A stretch of 64,000 nucleotides of DNA from Blasia pusilla. Lineage: Eukaryota. The translations under genes and the position numbers were made by a program. The stretch covers positions 10,478,001-10,542,000 of the forward strand of contig CM114271.1 of the NCBI GenBank assembly GCA_050084515.1. The letters are read 5' to 3'. Below the pieces are notes generated by a model. That model was not told where the DNA came from. It was given only the letters and a program-made list of their open reading frames with translations, and searched no databases. Below, piece after piece: positions 42,745-56,654 of this stretch (positions are counted from its first letter, which is position 1; each line of letters opens with the position of its first letter).

Positions 42745-45700
42745 ATGGCGACCAAGGGCGAAGAACCGAGGAAACCGGGAGTCAAAGCCAAGAAGCCAAG
42801 AGACGAATCAATGACGGACCGAGAGCCGGAGGTGGAATTTGCGACTCCCGAAGTGCCGAGTCCCACACATGAGGATGTTCCAACCGAAAATATTTCCGCG
42901 AGACCTTTGGGTCCAAACTTAAACAATCCGGCCTTTTATACCCAAATGATGGGATTGATGAAGGTCATGGCGGACCAGATGGCTGAATAGAGCAAGGTGA
43001 TATCGGAATTCAAGTCAAATGGACCCTCTAGTTCTGGCAAGAAGCTTTGTAAGACTAATTTGCCAACGCCATTCACAGGAATGGGGCGTTCTCGGAAAGT
43101 GAGCGAGTTTCTAACGGAACTCGAACTCTATTTCAAAGCGCAAAAGGCAGATGAACAAGACAAGGTGACTGTAGCGGTCACGTTTCTGAAGGATCATGCT
43201 CTCCATTGGTGGACGGCTCACCGCAAAGAACATCTAGGTCGTGGGAAAATGTTGAGTTGGGAAGATTTCAAGGAGTTGATTGGGAACCGATTCACTCCGT
43301 AATATGAGGAGTACCGCGATGGCATGGAGGTGGTGAGGTTGCGCCAAAGTGGATCACTTGGCGCTTATGTGCGAGAGTTTAGTGCGCTCATAAGTGCACT
43401 TTCCACGGATGAACATACTAAAAAGGTGATCTTCCTAAGTGGGCTCAAACCGAGTGCCGAGAAGGCTCTCTTTTGTATGCCTCACATCCCAAAGTCGTGC
43501 GCGGACCTCTTGAGACTAGCCGAGCGGATTGGGGACGATGAAGTCCAACACCCGAAACCCTTTGAGACAAAAAGTTTTTCTAAGCTACAGAAGAACAAAG
43601 GGACATCCAAGAGGGTTTGGAATGGGGGTGAGCGTGACCATGGAGGGTCTCTCGCCCCAGCGGCAAAACGAGTGGAACTCAACGCGAAGCCAAAGGGGCC
43701 GTCGTTTACAAAGTCAACGAATGCCAAAGTGATTTGCTACAATTGTGGCGAACCCGGGCATATGGCTAAGGAATGTGTTAGGCCCAAGGTTAGTAAACCG
43801 AGTATGATTGCGTTTGCCGCTAAGCATTTATCGGGGGGAGATCTAGATACATCTCTACAAGTCACCAAGAGAACGCCCAATTTGGTTTACCTAGGATCCA
43901 AGATCGCTAATCGCGATGTGATGTTGCTCATTGATACAGGTGCTTCGCACTCATTCTTGAGTCCGAGAATCGTAAAAACGTTGGGATTGCCAACCACCAA
44001 GGCGGATGAACCCATTAGGGTAGGATTCGCGGGAGGCAAGTCCCACCAGACATCAGATCTGGTTTTAGGGCTAGTTGTGAGATGCGGAGTATTTGAGTTG
44101 AAGGAGAATTTTACAGTTTGCGAGATGGACGGTATCGACGGAGTCTTGGGGAACACGTTCTTGGATGCGTATGAGGTGGAACTGAGGCGAAGACCTTTGA
44201 GGTTGAGCGTCTTGGTTAACGGCAAACGGACGGACGTCAGATTGGTTCGTGAGGTGCCTAGAAAGACGGAGTTGGTGAACGCCATCACGAGGACGAGTTT
44301 GGCCGAGTTAGAGGAAGGATTCCTTTGCTTGATGAGACGAGTAGAGGATGATGCAAGCGCGAGATGCAGAGATCAGAACTCAGCTTCAAGAGGGATCCCT
44401 GAAACACTCAAGAGAGTTGTGAAAGAATTTGAAGATGTGTTGACTAAGGAGCTTCCGACTGAGTTGCCACCACATAGGGCAGTTGATCATAAGATTGAGG
44501 TGATACCAGGATCTCAACCACCTTCAAAGGCACCATATAGGTTGAATCAAGAGGAACTTGCTGAGTTGAAGAAACAGTTGGGTGAACTCCTAGAGAGGGG
44601 TTACATCCGAACAAGCAAGTCACCTTATGGGGCGCCCGTCCTCTTTGTAAAGAAGAAGGATGGGAAGTTGAGACTCTGTGTTGATTATCGGGCGCTGAAT
44701 AAAGTGACGGTAAGGAATAACTATCCTCTACCGAGGATGGATGACCTCTTTGATCGATTGTCGGGTGCCAAGTATTTCAGCCAGATTGACCTGAAATCAA
44801 GATATTATCAGATTCGGATTGCCGAAGCGGATGTAGAGAAGACTTCCTGTAGGACGAGATACGGTTCGTTCGAGTTTGTAGTAATGCCTTTCGGTCTTTG
44901 TAATGCACCTCCGACGTTTACCACTTTGATGAACTCCATCTTTCACAAGGAGACGGATGAGTTTGTGATCATCTATATAGATGACATACTCATCTATTCG
45001 AAAACACTAGAGGAGCACGCTCGACATTTGAAGACGGTGTTTGAGAAACTTAGGGCGAACAAGCTGTATGCGAATGCGGATAAGAGTGAGTTCGGTTTGA
45101 CGAAGATCAAGTTCTTGGGGCATGTGATAAGTGCGGATGGAGTGAGTCCAGACATGGAAAAGGTGAGCGCGATTGCCGAATGGGAACCGCCTTCCACGGT
45201 GAAGGGGATGAGAAGGTTCATCGGAGCTGTCCAGTTTTACCGGACATACGTGAAGAACTTTTCGGGCATAGTGAAACCTCTCACGGATTGGACCGCAAAG
45301 TTTTCCAAAACTACATGGACCGAGGAAGTGGATAAAGCGTTCAATCGAGTCAAAGAGATCCTCTCGTAGGAACTAGTTCTGAAGCTGCCAGAGTTTGAAC
45401 AACCGTTCGAGGTGCACACGGATGCTAGTGATTTTGCGATTGCAGGAATGTTGGTGCAAAAAGGGAGACCTGTAGCATACGAAAGCAAGAAGCTGACCGA
45501 CACCGAAAGGAGATGGCCTACTCATGAGAAAGAGTTGTTTGCGGTGGTTCATTGCTTGAGGAAGTGGCGTCACTATTTGGGACTTCACAGGACTCGAGTA
45601 TTCACTGATAACATATCGCTCAAGTATTTTGAGACCCAAGATCGCGTGATGCCAAAACAACTTCGGTGGCATGATACCTTGGCGTTGATGAATGTGGAGC

Positions 45701-47266
45701 TAATCCACAAGCCGGGGAAAGAAAATGTCATTCCAGATGCGTTAAGTCGCAGGGATGAACACATGCCATCGACGACACAAGTGTTGAGAGCAATGTTCCC
45801 TAATGAAACAGACCTGGAAAGAAGGATTCGTGAAGGATACATGAAGGATGAGCAAGCGAGGGAGTACCTTGGGAAGTTAAAGCGGGGCAAGAAGGTGGCC
45901 AATCTGAGTTTGAGACACGGCTTGCTAAAGTTTAAGCAGAGAAGGATCTATGTAGGCCAAGACAAGCTACGGACCAAGGTGTTTGTGGAATGTCATGATG
46001 GACCTTTGGCGGGATACAAAGTGGAGAAATCCACTCTTGCTGTTTTGTCTAAGAGGTTCTTCTGGCCCAACATGAAGGAAGATGTTGCTCAATATGTGAA
46101 AACATGCGTGACTGCCGCCAAAGCGAACGCGTGTCTTATGCGAAGAAACAAGGTTTACTTCATCCTTTGCCAATCCCGGAGGGACCCTTGCAAAGCATTA
46201 GCATGGATTTCATTACGAGTCTTCCAGAATCTGAGGGATACAACGCTATACTTGTGATAGGTGATCGGTTTAGCAAGTTGGGGAGGTTTGTGCCGACGAG
46301 ATAGTCTGCGACGGCCTATACGACTTCCCGACTATTCCTGGATGGTTGGTGGCATGCGCACGGATTGCCTAGAAGCATTGTGTCCGATCGGGATCTGAAG
46401 TTTACCAGTGCCTTTTGGAAACATCTATTCAGGAGGTTCCGGACCAAACTCAGCTTTAGTACGTCCTTCCATCCTCAAACGGATGGGCAAACGGAAAAAG
46501 TAAACTCGGTCGTAAACCAATACTTACGGAATTACGTGAGTGCGGACCAAAGAGATTGGGCCAAGTGGTTAAGTATGGCTGAGTATTGTTACAACTCGAC
46601 TAAGCATTCTGCAATCGGAGAATCTCCGTTTCTTCTGGCGTATCAAAGAGAACCAAAAGGGCCTCTTGACTTAGCTCTTTCGAAGGGCAATACATCGACA
46701 CACACTCGTCAAGCGGAATGTTTGTTAGTGGAAATGCAGGAACGACAAGAGCGAGCGAGAGAAAGTCTCGCCAAGGCTCAACTAAGGTACGTAAAGCATG
46801 CTAACAAAAGTCCGCGCCAAGTGAGTTTCCAAGTTGGGGAACAAGTGTGGTTGAGTGTTAAGAATCTCACTCTTCCAAAGGAATTGTCCGCGAAATTGTC
46901 AGCCAAGTATGCTAGACCGTATGTGATCAAGGCAAAGCCGTTTGAGGATGTATACACGTTGGAGCTGCCAAACGAGTTCAAGATTCACCCGACTTTCCAT
47001 GTGTCATTATTGAAGAAGTATCTTCAAGACATGCGTCATGATGAAGGAGGATGTTGAGACCACAACCGGTTATCAGAAATGAGGAACCAGAGTTCAAGGT
47101 TGAGACTATTCTGCGTTCCAGACGTAGGGCCACCAAGTACGAGTACTTGGTCAAGTGGAAAGGCTATCATGTGAAAGAGGCGACTTGGATTGCGGAGGCG
47201 GATCTAGAACATGCGCAAGAAGCATTGCGTGACTTCAGATGGATGCAAGAAAGGCACGTGCGTTAG
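42745..47266 (+). pseudogene. Chromovirus gag-pol (gag, CCHC, PR, RT, RH, INT, chromodomain) with a few stops and frameshifts
   Basis: CYNCGEPGHMAKEC, LLIDTGASHSF, MPFGLCNAP, YIDDILIYS, HTDASDFA, SISMDFIT, SDRD, PQTDGQTE, EYLVKWKGY...ATW. Confidence 0.95.
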
Positions 47267-49471
47267 TACATGGTGAAGCAATGGACATAACTTGTGACCG
47301 GAAAGCTTGGGCCGATAACCCGTTGTAACTAGAAAGGTTTAGTTGTTGCAATAAAGAAGACATGGATTTGGAGATTCGATGCTTGTATTGTAATTTTGAG
47401 TTTGGTTTGTGCAAGGCAATGAGTAGTTCTTCATATGCTTAGGATGTAAGTCAAGGAGACCAAACAATGAGTATTTGAGGTGAGAGCTTGTATTGAGATA
47501 AGGCATCTAGATCAGGACCAAGTGTTGAAGTACTAGCATTTGGGCTCGCCCTAACGTCGGCGGGCAGATGATGAGTCTGTCTTGGGGTTTGTGGTGATCT
47601 CATTCATGTTTCATGACTGAACTTAGTGACGCGCCTAGGTGGGAGTACAGGTGACCCAAAAATAGTAATGAGTTGGCTAGGTAGAAGCGGTTGTTTACAA
47701 ATAGTGAGTGAAGTGTTAGGTTGCAGACTTAGTGAGCTTATTTTGATAGTTAGATTAGTTCCAGAACTAGTCTAGGCTGGTCGTAAAGAGAAGCTAATAA
47801 GTCTAAGTCTTTAAGCGACAACCTAAGAGTTAAGCCAAAAGAGGAATTGCGGGTTAGCTACGTAACGCGATTACGTGTTAAGGGTCGGCTTCTAAGAACT
47901 TAACATCAATAAGGTTTGCGTTGATGAGGACATAAACCTTCTAAGGAGGGGTGAGTGTCGCGACCCTCATAACCAAACAACACCAAATACGCGCCAAGCG
48001 AAACATCAGAACTCAAAGGAACTCACGCCGCGAGGTTTGCGCTTTGGAGAGGCGTTTGGAAGAGTCTCTTGGAAAAGTCTAAGAGACGAAACGCGGAACA
48101 GAGTTGTGCGTTTCATGCGTTAGTGGTCGCGACCAGGAAACCTAGACCAAACGCGAGCCGAGACTTGAGATGAGTTGAGTCTTGGAGGTTGGTTGCCAAA
48201 GAGGTGAGAACCAGTTTGGAACACGGCTAGCGTTTGGGAGAATCTGACTGTGTTTAGGACCATAACGTTGAGCTCCAAGATGCGTTCAAGACAAGTAAGG
48301 GCGCGTTGGAAAGCTGATCTTGAGACGCTTCCAACGAACCAAAGATCTTAGCAAACGCATAAGTACGGGATGAGATATTGACCGAAAACGATTCAGAGAG
48401 CAATTGGGTTGAGGGCCAATTGGAGGGGCCCGGGTATCTTTCCCTAAATGTAGGGGGCCCCCGGAGATCCCCAGAAGTACTAGTAAGGGGAGTACCTTCT
48501 CTGAGATGTCTCGGGAAACGAAACCCCACTTTGGGCGCCAAACGGCGTTTGAGGCAGGATGAAACGGGAGTTTGGCGCGAAACCCAAACCCAAACTGTTC
48601 CAAGGGAGTCGACTTTGTACGCCACACTTGGATTCCAACCCGAGATTCACTTCGTGCGAGTCTTGGTGAGGAACTCATTGGATGTTCATCGGACAGTTGG
48701 AACCGCTAGGCGCGAAACGCTGTTCCAGGTTCCTGAACCGACCAGAAAGTCTGTCCCAAGTCTTTCGAGACTTGCCCGTGTTGGAAACCGCAAAACTAGG
48801 AAGGTTGAGCTTGAAGAGAGAGTTCGAGACAGGAACTCGGAAAGTAATCCCGCTGTCGTGTCGAGAGCCTTTCTTCGAGCAAGGGCGCGCCTTCTAGCTG
48901 CGGTAGATACGGTCGATGCAATGTGAACTCTCTAACAAGTTATCCTTTTTCAATACAAAATTATGATGTACACTCTCCATTCTCTCACGACAGGTATCAC
49001 AAATGGAAGTGCCGAGGCGATCACTTCTTCGTAACATCGGACCCCGAAATTCCTAACTATAAAATCCTTATAGACTATTTTACGCTTGTACACGAGGAAG
49101 ATAGCACAACTAGTGTTAAACCCTACTTGAGCAGGCCTATTGACATCCATGGATCACTATATAAGGACATACAAAGTACAATCCCATGTCCTTCCATATG
49201 TGACGATAGGAAGGATTACCGGAGTTGGAGATTGCATGACCCGGTTCATGAACGCCTCCCCAAAGTGATAAACTAAATACCGAGTGAACTAGTGCCTATC
49301 TACAAAGAGTACCTTGACATGGTATGGATTGAGGAAAGGAAAGTCGGGCACAACTCGTGCTCCGCCCCTATCCATGCTTGCCAGAAATTCTCTACTCTCC
49401 TCAAGAATGGGTTTTGGCGGAGTTATTCTCCCAAGAGGGATAATCCACTCTCATTGGGAAAGTAACAAGCC

Positions 49472-49644
<173 letters not shown>

Positions 49645-49733
49645 GAAATCCACTCTCATTGGGAAAGTAACAAGCCAAAACATCCGCTATTTCAGTATGA
49701 CTAAACTCCTCTAAGGTGACAAACCTCTCATCT

Positions 49734-49882
<149 letters not shown>

Positions 49883-51056
49883 TCTCTAGAAATCTCTAGG
49901 TTAGACTATGGTCAAGTTACTCTCCCAAGAGGGGTGATCCACTCTCATTGGAAGAGCAAGCAATCCCAAAGCCATACACTCAAGAGAGACGCGAGAGACT
50001 CAAGATGTGGAATAGAAGGTGCTGAATCCTTGAAGGTCCCTCCTCTTTATATACTCACAAGGGATCCACAAGAGTACGAAATAGAGCTTATCTTATCTTG
50101 TGCCACATGGCTTCCTCTCAAGGCTTAGCCAATCACATTTTGACACAAGTAGATTTCCTCTTATCTCTTCCAAAATATCCTCTTTTACCCACATGATATT
50201 TTCCAAATTACCCCAACTAACCTAGCCACCAACCAAGACTACTTTTGCTTTTCATTAAAGCAACTACTTTACTTTTATAAAGTCATCTTTTATTTATTAC
50301 CTCCTTTTCCTAAAGTTGGGCCCGCATAAAAGAGGCACCATAAAGAGGTTTAAACATAAGAATCTCCTTTTTCTAAGCCTATTTACTTAATACTAATGAA
50401 ACTCTATCTAAAACTTAATGACGAAGGAGTTTACACACTGGTTGATTTTACTATACAACACCGCTGATTGATCCAAGTCCCGGCTAACCAAAGTGCGTGT
50501 TTGGATTCAGATCAGCGTTGAGAGCGTGACCTACTGAACGCACGCTTCCGTAGATCTACCTAAACGTTAACGTTGAAGGAGAGTAGGCGCACGACAAAGG
50601 ATGTCTGTATCCGGAATGGACAACGGTCCACATCGGCTCTCATCAAGCCCACTTCTCTGAATGATGCTTTCCCCAACATCAAGGGTTGCGCTCCTGAATC
50701 CAACAAGACGCGCTACGGACTAAAAGCTCTACCTCCTGGACTCACCAACTGGAATACCTCTCCACGATTATCCAGCAAAAAAACACCAAGAGAAGCCATA
50801 GCACACTCTATCGTAGGTCTAGCGAGCATCTTTACCATCCTACCAGCCGTAGCCTACCATAAATCTGACCTGGACGGCCCGAGCATCAGCTCCAAGGGCA
50901 GGTCCATCACCTCCTCTACAATCACCTCTAAATGTGATGCATGAACTCCAACTCCACACTCACATAGAGTAGGGCCAACAAAAAAACATTGGCGGGCGTA
51001 CCTCCCAACGTCATAATATCGGAAGCAGAAAAGAAAGGAGCACGGTACACAACGAT

Positions 51057-53270
51057 TGTCGCGACCCCCATGACCAAACGAGTGCCAAAGCAAAACATTA
51101 GAACACTAGCGGGCTCACGCTAAGATGGTTTGCGCATTGGAGTGGTCTCGGAGAAGAGACAAGAGACGAGATGCAAGCAAGGCTTCGCGTTTCATGTGTT
51201 GTGGTCGCGACTGAGAAACCTGGACCAAACGCAGATCAAGGCTAGAGAGGAGTCAAGTCTAGGAAGGAATCCGGATTTGGCATGCCACTAGCCTTTTAGA
51301 GTTTCCGATTGTATTTATGGCCATAACTTTTACCGCCAAGATGCGTTTGGGACGAATAAGGATGTGTTGGAAAGAATATGGAAAGACGGTTTAGACACAC
51401 TAAAGATTTCCGCAAACGCACAAGTAGCAGTTGAGAAACAACCCGAAAACAATTGTAAGTAGAGTCGGGTTGAGGGCCACAATGAAGGGCCCAACCATCC
51501 TTTTTGAAAGGTAGGGGTGTTTGGAGATCCCCTGAAGTACTAGTAAGGGGGAAAGTCTCCAAGGGTGCTTGGGACTCGAACCACACTTTGGGCGCCACGG
51601 GGCGGCTCAAGGGCATGGAACAGATCGGGAGTTTGGAGTCGGGCTTGAAAACCTAAACCAAGTCTATTGAGGTGATTCTTAAAGATCCCTCTTGGATTCC
51701 AACCCGCGATTCAATTACTTGGGTCCCGGTTAGGAACTCGCACGAGGTCCGTTGAACAATTGAGACTGCTAGGCGCGCAGTTTCCGTTTTAGGTTCTTGG
51801 ACTAACCAGAAAGTCTGTTCCAAGTCTTGAAGGACTTGCCATGTTGGGATCCTAGGAAGTAAGGAAGGTTGATCTTGATGATATGCCGAGTTGAGAACTC
51901 AGTGGGTTGGAAGGCCGCTTGATCCAAAGCCACACTAATGTGAGTGCCTTTGGGTGCAGGTTGGCGATGATAGCGTTATCGTATCGAGAGCCTTTCTTTG
52001 AGTAAGGGCAGGCCTTCTAGCTGCGGTAGATGTGGTCGATGCAAGATGAACTCTCTAAGAAGTTCTCCTTTTTTTCAATACAAAATTATTATGTATACTC
52101 ACGACAGGTATCACAAATGGAAGTGCCGAGGCGATCACTTCTTCGTAACATCGGACCCCGAAATTCTTAACTATAAAATCCTCATAAACTACTTTACGCT
52201 TGTACACGAGGAAGATATCACAACTAGTGTTAAACCCTACTTGAGTAGGCCTATTGACGTCCATAGATCACTATATAAGGACGTATAAAGTATAATCCCA
52301 TGTCCTTCCACATGTGATGATAGGAAGGATCACCGGAGTTGGAGATTGAATGACGTGGTTCATGAACGCCTCCCCAAAATGATAAACTAAATAGCGAATG
52401 AACTAGTGCCTATCTACAAAGAGTACCTTGATATGGTATGGATTGAGGAAAGGAAAGTCGGGCACAACTCGTGCTCCACCCCTATCCATGTTTGACAAAC
52501 ATTATCTACTCTCCTCAAGAATGGGTTTTGGCGGAGTTATTCTCCCAAGAGGGGTAATCCACTCTCATTGGGAAAGTAACAAGCCAAAACATTCACTATT
52601 TTAGTATGACTAAACTCCTCTAAGGTGACCAACCTCTCATCTCCACACACACATACCACACTCTAGAAACCTGTCGAAGAATAGACCATGGTCAAGTTAC
52701 TCTCCCAAGAGGGATGATCCGCTCTCATTGGAAGAGCAAACAATCCCAAAGCCATACAGTCAAGAATGACACTAGAGACTTAAGATGTGGAATAGAAGGT
52801 GATGAACCCTTGAAGGTCCCTCCTCTTTATATACTCACAAGTGATCCACAAGAGTACGAAATATGACTAATCTTATCTTATGCCACATGACTTCCTCTCA
52901 AGGCTTAGCCAATCATATTTTGACACAAGTAGATTTCCTCTTATCTCTCCCAAAATATCCTCTTTTACCCACTTGATATTTTCCAAATTACCCCAACTAA
53001 CCTAGCCACCAACCAAGCCTAGTAATCTTTTATTTATCATCTATTTAAACCTCTTTATGGTGCCGCATAAAAGAGGCACCATAAAGAGGTTTAAATATGG
53101 GAATTTCCTTTTCCTAAGCTAATTTACTTAATACTAATAAAACTCTGTCTAATACTTAACGAGGAAGGAGTTTACACACTGGCTGATGTTACTATAGGAC
53201 AACGTGTCCTACTGAACGTACGCTTCTGCAATACTAGAGATTGACGTTCAAGGAGAGTAGGCGCACGACA
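51057..53270 (+). mobile_element. Solo LTR related to the chromovirus LTR, inserted in DNMT-Gypsy copy 2
   Basis: TGTCGCGACC...GCGCACGACA with TSD ACGAT/ATGAT. Confidence 0.87.
51977..53201. mobile_element. Second solo-LTR-like element with a 4-bp TSD, nested in the chromovirus-type solo LTR
   Basis: Homologous to 48854-50460. TSD GCGT/ACGT. Confidence 0.85.
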
Positions 53271-56200
53271 ATGATGGCCGTCCCCAACAACGTGCTTGAC
53301 ACATGCCTCTCCTGAGCATTAGCAATAGGACTCGTCGCACTCACTTCTCCTATCGCCCTCCGTGCCTCCACACCAACAACATCACAAACTCTCCAGGAAC
53401 TTTGATTAGGAACCATCGATGGGGTCCTCATTGCCTCAAACAACGTGAAAGACTGAGGAAGCCTGGTCTGTTTCTTGGCTCCCTCTGGCTGTGGATCCAA
53501 CTATGCGGCTGCTCCACTCGTCACAACTGCGGGGGCCTCGATTTGGGCAACCCCGCACATCCAACCTAGATCCTCCATATCTCTGGCTGCTCCATATGAT
53601 GTCGATGCCACGGATCCGGCATCGGGTAATCTCAATGCCATGGCGGCAATCTACTCCTATAGCTGCTGTATCTGAGTAGCCAACCCAACCTCACGCCCGA
53701 CGTCTCCCTCGACACATCTAGGTGGTGGGACTCTACCTCCTCCATGGGCAGCTCCACCACCCTGTCGGGAAACTCCAACTCCTCGTCCCCCAACGGGACC
53801 ACGTGGTGCACGATCTCTAGGCCCACACGGACCAGCTACTCGCTCTGGTGCCCTCTTTGGCCCTCGGTCTGGATGTAACTCAGGGTGTAAACTGAAATAT
53901 CTTGCGCGTGTGTGACCATACCTCTGAAAATAGTCACACGGATAACCTCCTGGTGCAACACCATCTCCTCCGCCATGCTGAGGCACGCGTCCATGACCCT
54001 CAAGAGTTCAATCGCGCTGATGATAGGCTCCACCACATGACCAACAAGTAATCGTAGGCGGTTACTGCCGAGCCGCATATTAAGGCCCAGGTCTCTATGG
54101 CACGACCTCCAGATATCCTCCTTGAGCTCGTGGTGCCACAATCAAACTATCTCGGAGTCCACGTTGCTGCACAAGTGGTGCAGATAATCGTGACTGCTCT
54201 CGCCCAAAACCCATTGTGGCTACACTCTCCTCCGCCATGTTGCGCTCAATGTTCTCAGCGGTCCTAAGAACATCTCTCAAGGTAGGGAAGGTGTTCATAA
54301 GAAGCATCCCCTCCCGGACCCGTGTTCGTAGGGTCCGGTCCAGCATCGCGTACCATGACTCGATAGCCTAAGCCTCTGTCATCCCCTGAGTGACGATGAT
54401 CAACCGGCGCAAGCGAGTGTAAGCCTCACGCAAACTCTCACCTGGGCGCCTTTGGAAGTCGTGGCTGCTCCACAAATTCTCCGTCCGTACCCCCTGGTAG
54501 CTTGCCCTCAACTCTGTGAATAACTCAACCACGGGATTGAACTTGGGACGAACCCGACTAGATGGTGCAACTGCTCTAGTGCAAGTGATCCCTCCTAAAA
54601 CATCACTAGTGGAAGAGGAAGTAGCCTCTCTTGACTCCTCCTCCTCAGCTAGGAACGGCTCCATCCATGACACATAGTGTGGGTCATAGTAGAGTCGCCA
54701 TGCCTCAATCTCTTGGGCATATCTGTGGGAGAACTCATGGGTATATCTGTAGGAGAACTCATTGGCGCCCCCCTAAATGCTAGAACACACCATTCCATGC
54801 TGTAAACGGGTTAAACTCTCTAGAGTTCCTAGCCCGCTGTGAGTCACACCAACTCCTTAACTCCGCAATGAAGTCGTGTAGCTCTATAGTGCCTACAACA
54901 CCCAAAAACCTACGCGGTCCTCTACCGCGGTCGTCCATCTCGTACGCCTAACATGTAGGACCACTCAATATGTATGGTGGATCACTAACACCTTCCTCTA
55001 TATGCTCCCCCTTGTTTGAAGATGACACAGAAGGAGTTCGAGGTGGTCTCTCATGTGGAGACCTTCAAAACCTTGCACCACTCCGGGTAAACCCTCCAGA
55101 GGTACTCTCAGGTCCACTACCTCGCCTCTCAAAATCCCAAAAGAACGCTGTGATGGCCCTTATGCCCCTCTCACATGATCACTCCCGATCTCGCGAGTAA
55201 TCCCTCAATCACTCAAACTAAACATGCGGCACTCAATCTACACTTTCTCATTGAGACGTGTGATGTGCGGCAAGAAGCAGGGTGGTGCGGTACATCAACT
55301 AACCTATCGTCTCATCGACAAACCATCCTCAACTCTAGACATCCCACACAAGTCAATGTCCCCTAAACCCATACATCATCAATGCTCTTAGCTGCAGCAT
55401 GAAACCCAATATCCCAAATAACTTCCTAATACCCGTAAATCCCTCACACGTACAAGGTAAGAGACTAGAATGGGTAACCTGACAAGAATGTCGATGTTGC
55501 TCCTCGGTAACTACAAATCTTGACCCCAACTCGGTCGTGAAGATAACTTCTCCAATCAGCAAGTTGTACTCCTCTCGTACTGACGCTGCTCAAACCTCCT
55601 TGATGTGCGGTGCAGGTTCAGCGGTCCGGTGCGGCACGGAACGGCACAACACTCGGGAATGGGGTGCGGTGCGGCCACGAGTGGCACGGTGCCGCAATCG
55701 GCGCACGCGCCCATGCGGCTATAGGCATCACGACACAGTACTAGATTATCGTCGAGTGGCTACCAATCACAATATAGCAGCATGAAATGAAAACTCAAAT
55801 ACCATAACTTGAGGTCACCTACCATCACTCGTTGACAAAATTGCGATGATGGTGGTAGCCAAAACAAAGTACGTGGTAGCGGCGTAAGTCAAAGAATCAA
55901 CGGTTGTCGTGGGAGACCCTCTACTCCGTAATGGCGGCAATGGCAAGGAAGGGTGGACAACGGCCAAACGCGGCTCTACGCAGCGCTAGACGGCGGCGGA
56001 TGGTGACGGTTGACTATTGATGGTGACGGCGGACCATTGATGGTGAAGGTTGACCATTGATAGTGACTATGACGGCGACGGCCGCCACCAGTGCGGCGGC
56101 TGGTTTAGGGTTTGAACAATTTAACCCTAAAAATTGCCTAGCAATGGTAATTTTGCAAGATTGACTATAACTTTTTGCTCGCAACTCCAAATTGCGCACT

Positions 56201-56639
56201 GTTTGTTGCATAGCGTGCATAGCTTCACAATCTACGATATATTAAAAAATATTTGAATAAAAAATTCCTGTAAAAACTGACGGGGACTGTTGTAAAGCCC
56301 AATGTCTCTTTCTCCTACACAAAATTTGGCAGCGCTTCCGCGCTGATTTCTCCCAACAAAAATATATAACATGTGAGAACACAAATCAGCAAGCTACATG
56401 ATGCTCTTGAGAGCACCAACATGAAGCAATGCGCCCCCATACTAAATTCCTATAAAAAATTGGGCAGCGCTACCGCTTGCCACTCTCCCGTACAAAAAAT
56501 TAACAAAGCAAAACAGCAAATTTGCACGGCTCTTGCTCCGGTGAGCACTCCCATAAGCCATGAAGTGGGGAACATGGTCCCCCAACCTGCACCAAACAAT
56601 GAGCAACCAGCGAGCTCCCTCATGAAGCTCTCTCACTCA

Positions 56640-56654
56640 CTCATTCTCTCTCTG
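56640..56654 (-). promoter_or_regulatory. Putative self-priming PBS of copy 2 (CAGAGAGAGAATGAG)
   Basis: 14/15 reverse complement of 37294-37308 in repeat B'', which begins ~28 nt downstream of a TATA-like motif on the minus strand. Confidence 0.65.

Noticed and set aside
55600-56370. GC-rich CGGTGCGG motifs suggesting another insertion in the leader of copy 2
   Set aside because: I could not define termini or a TSD.
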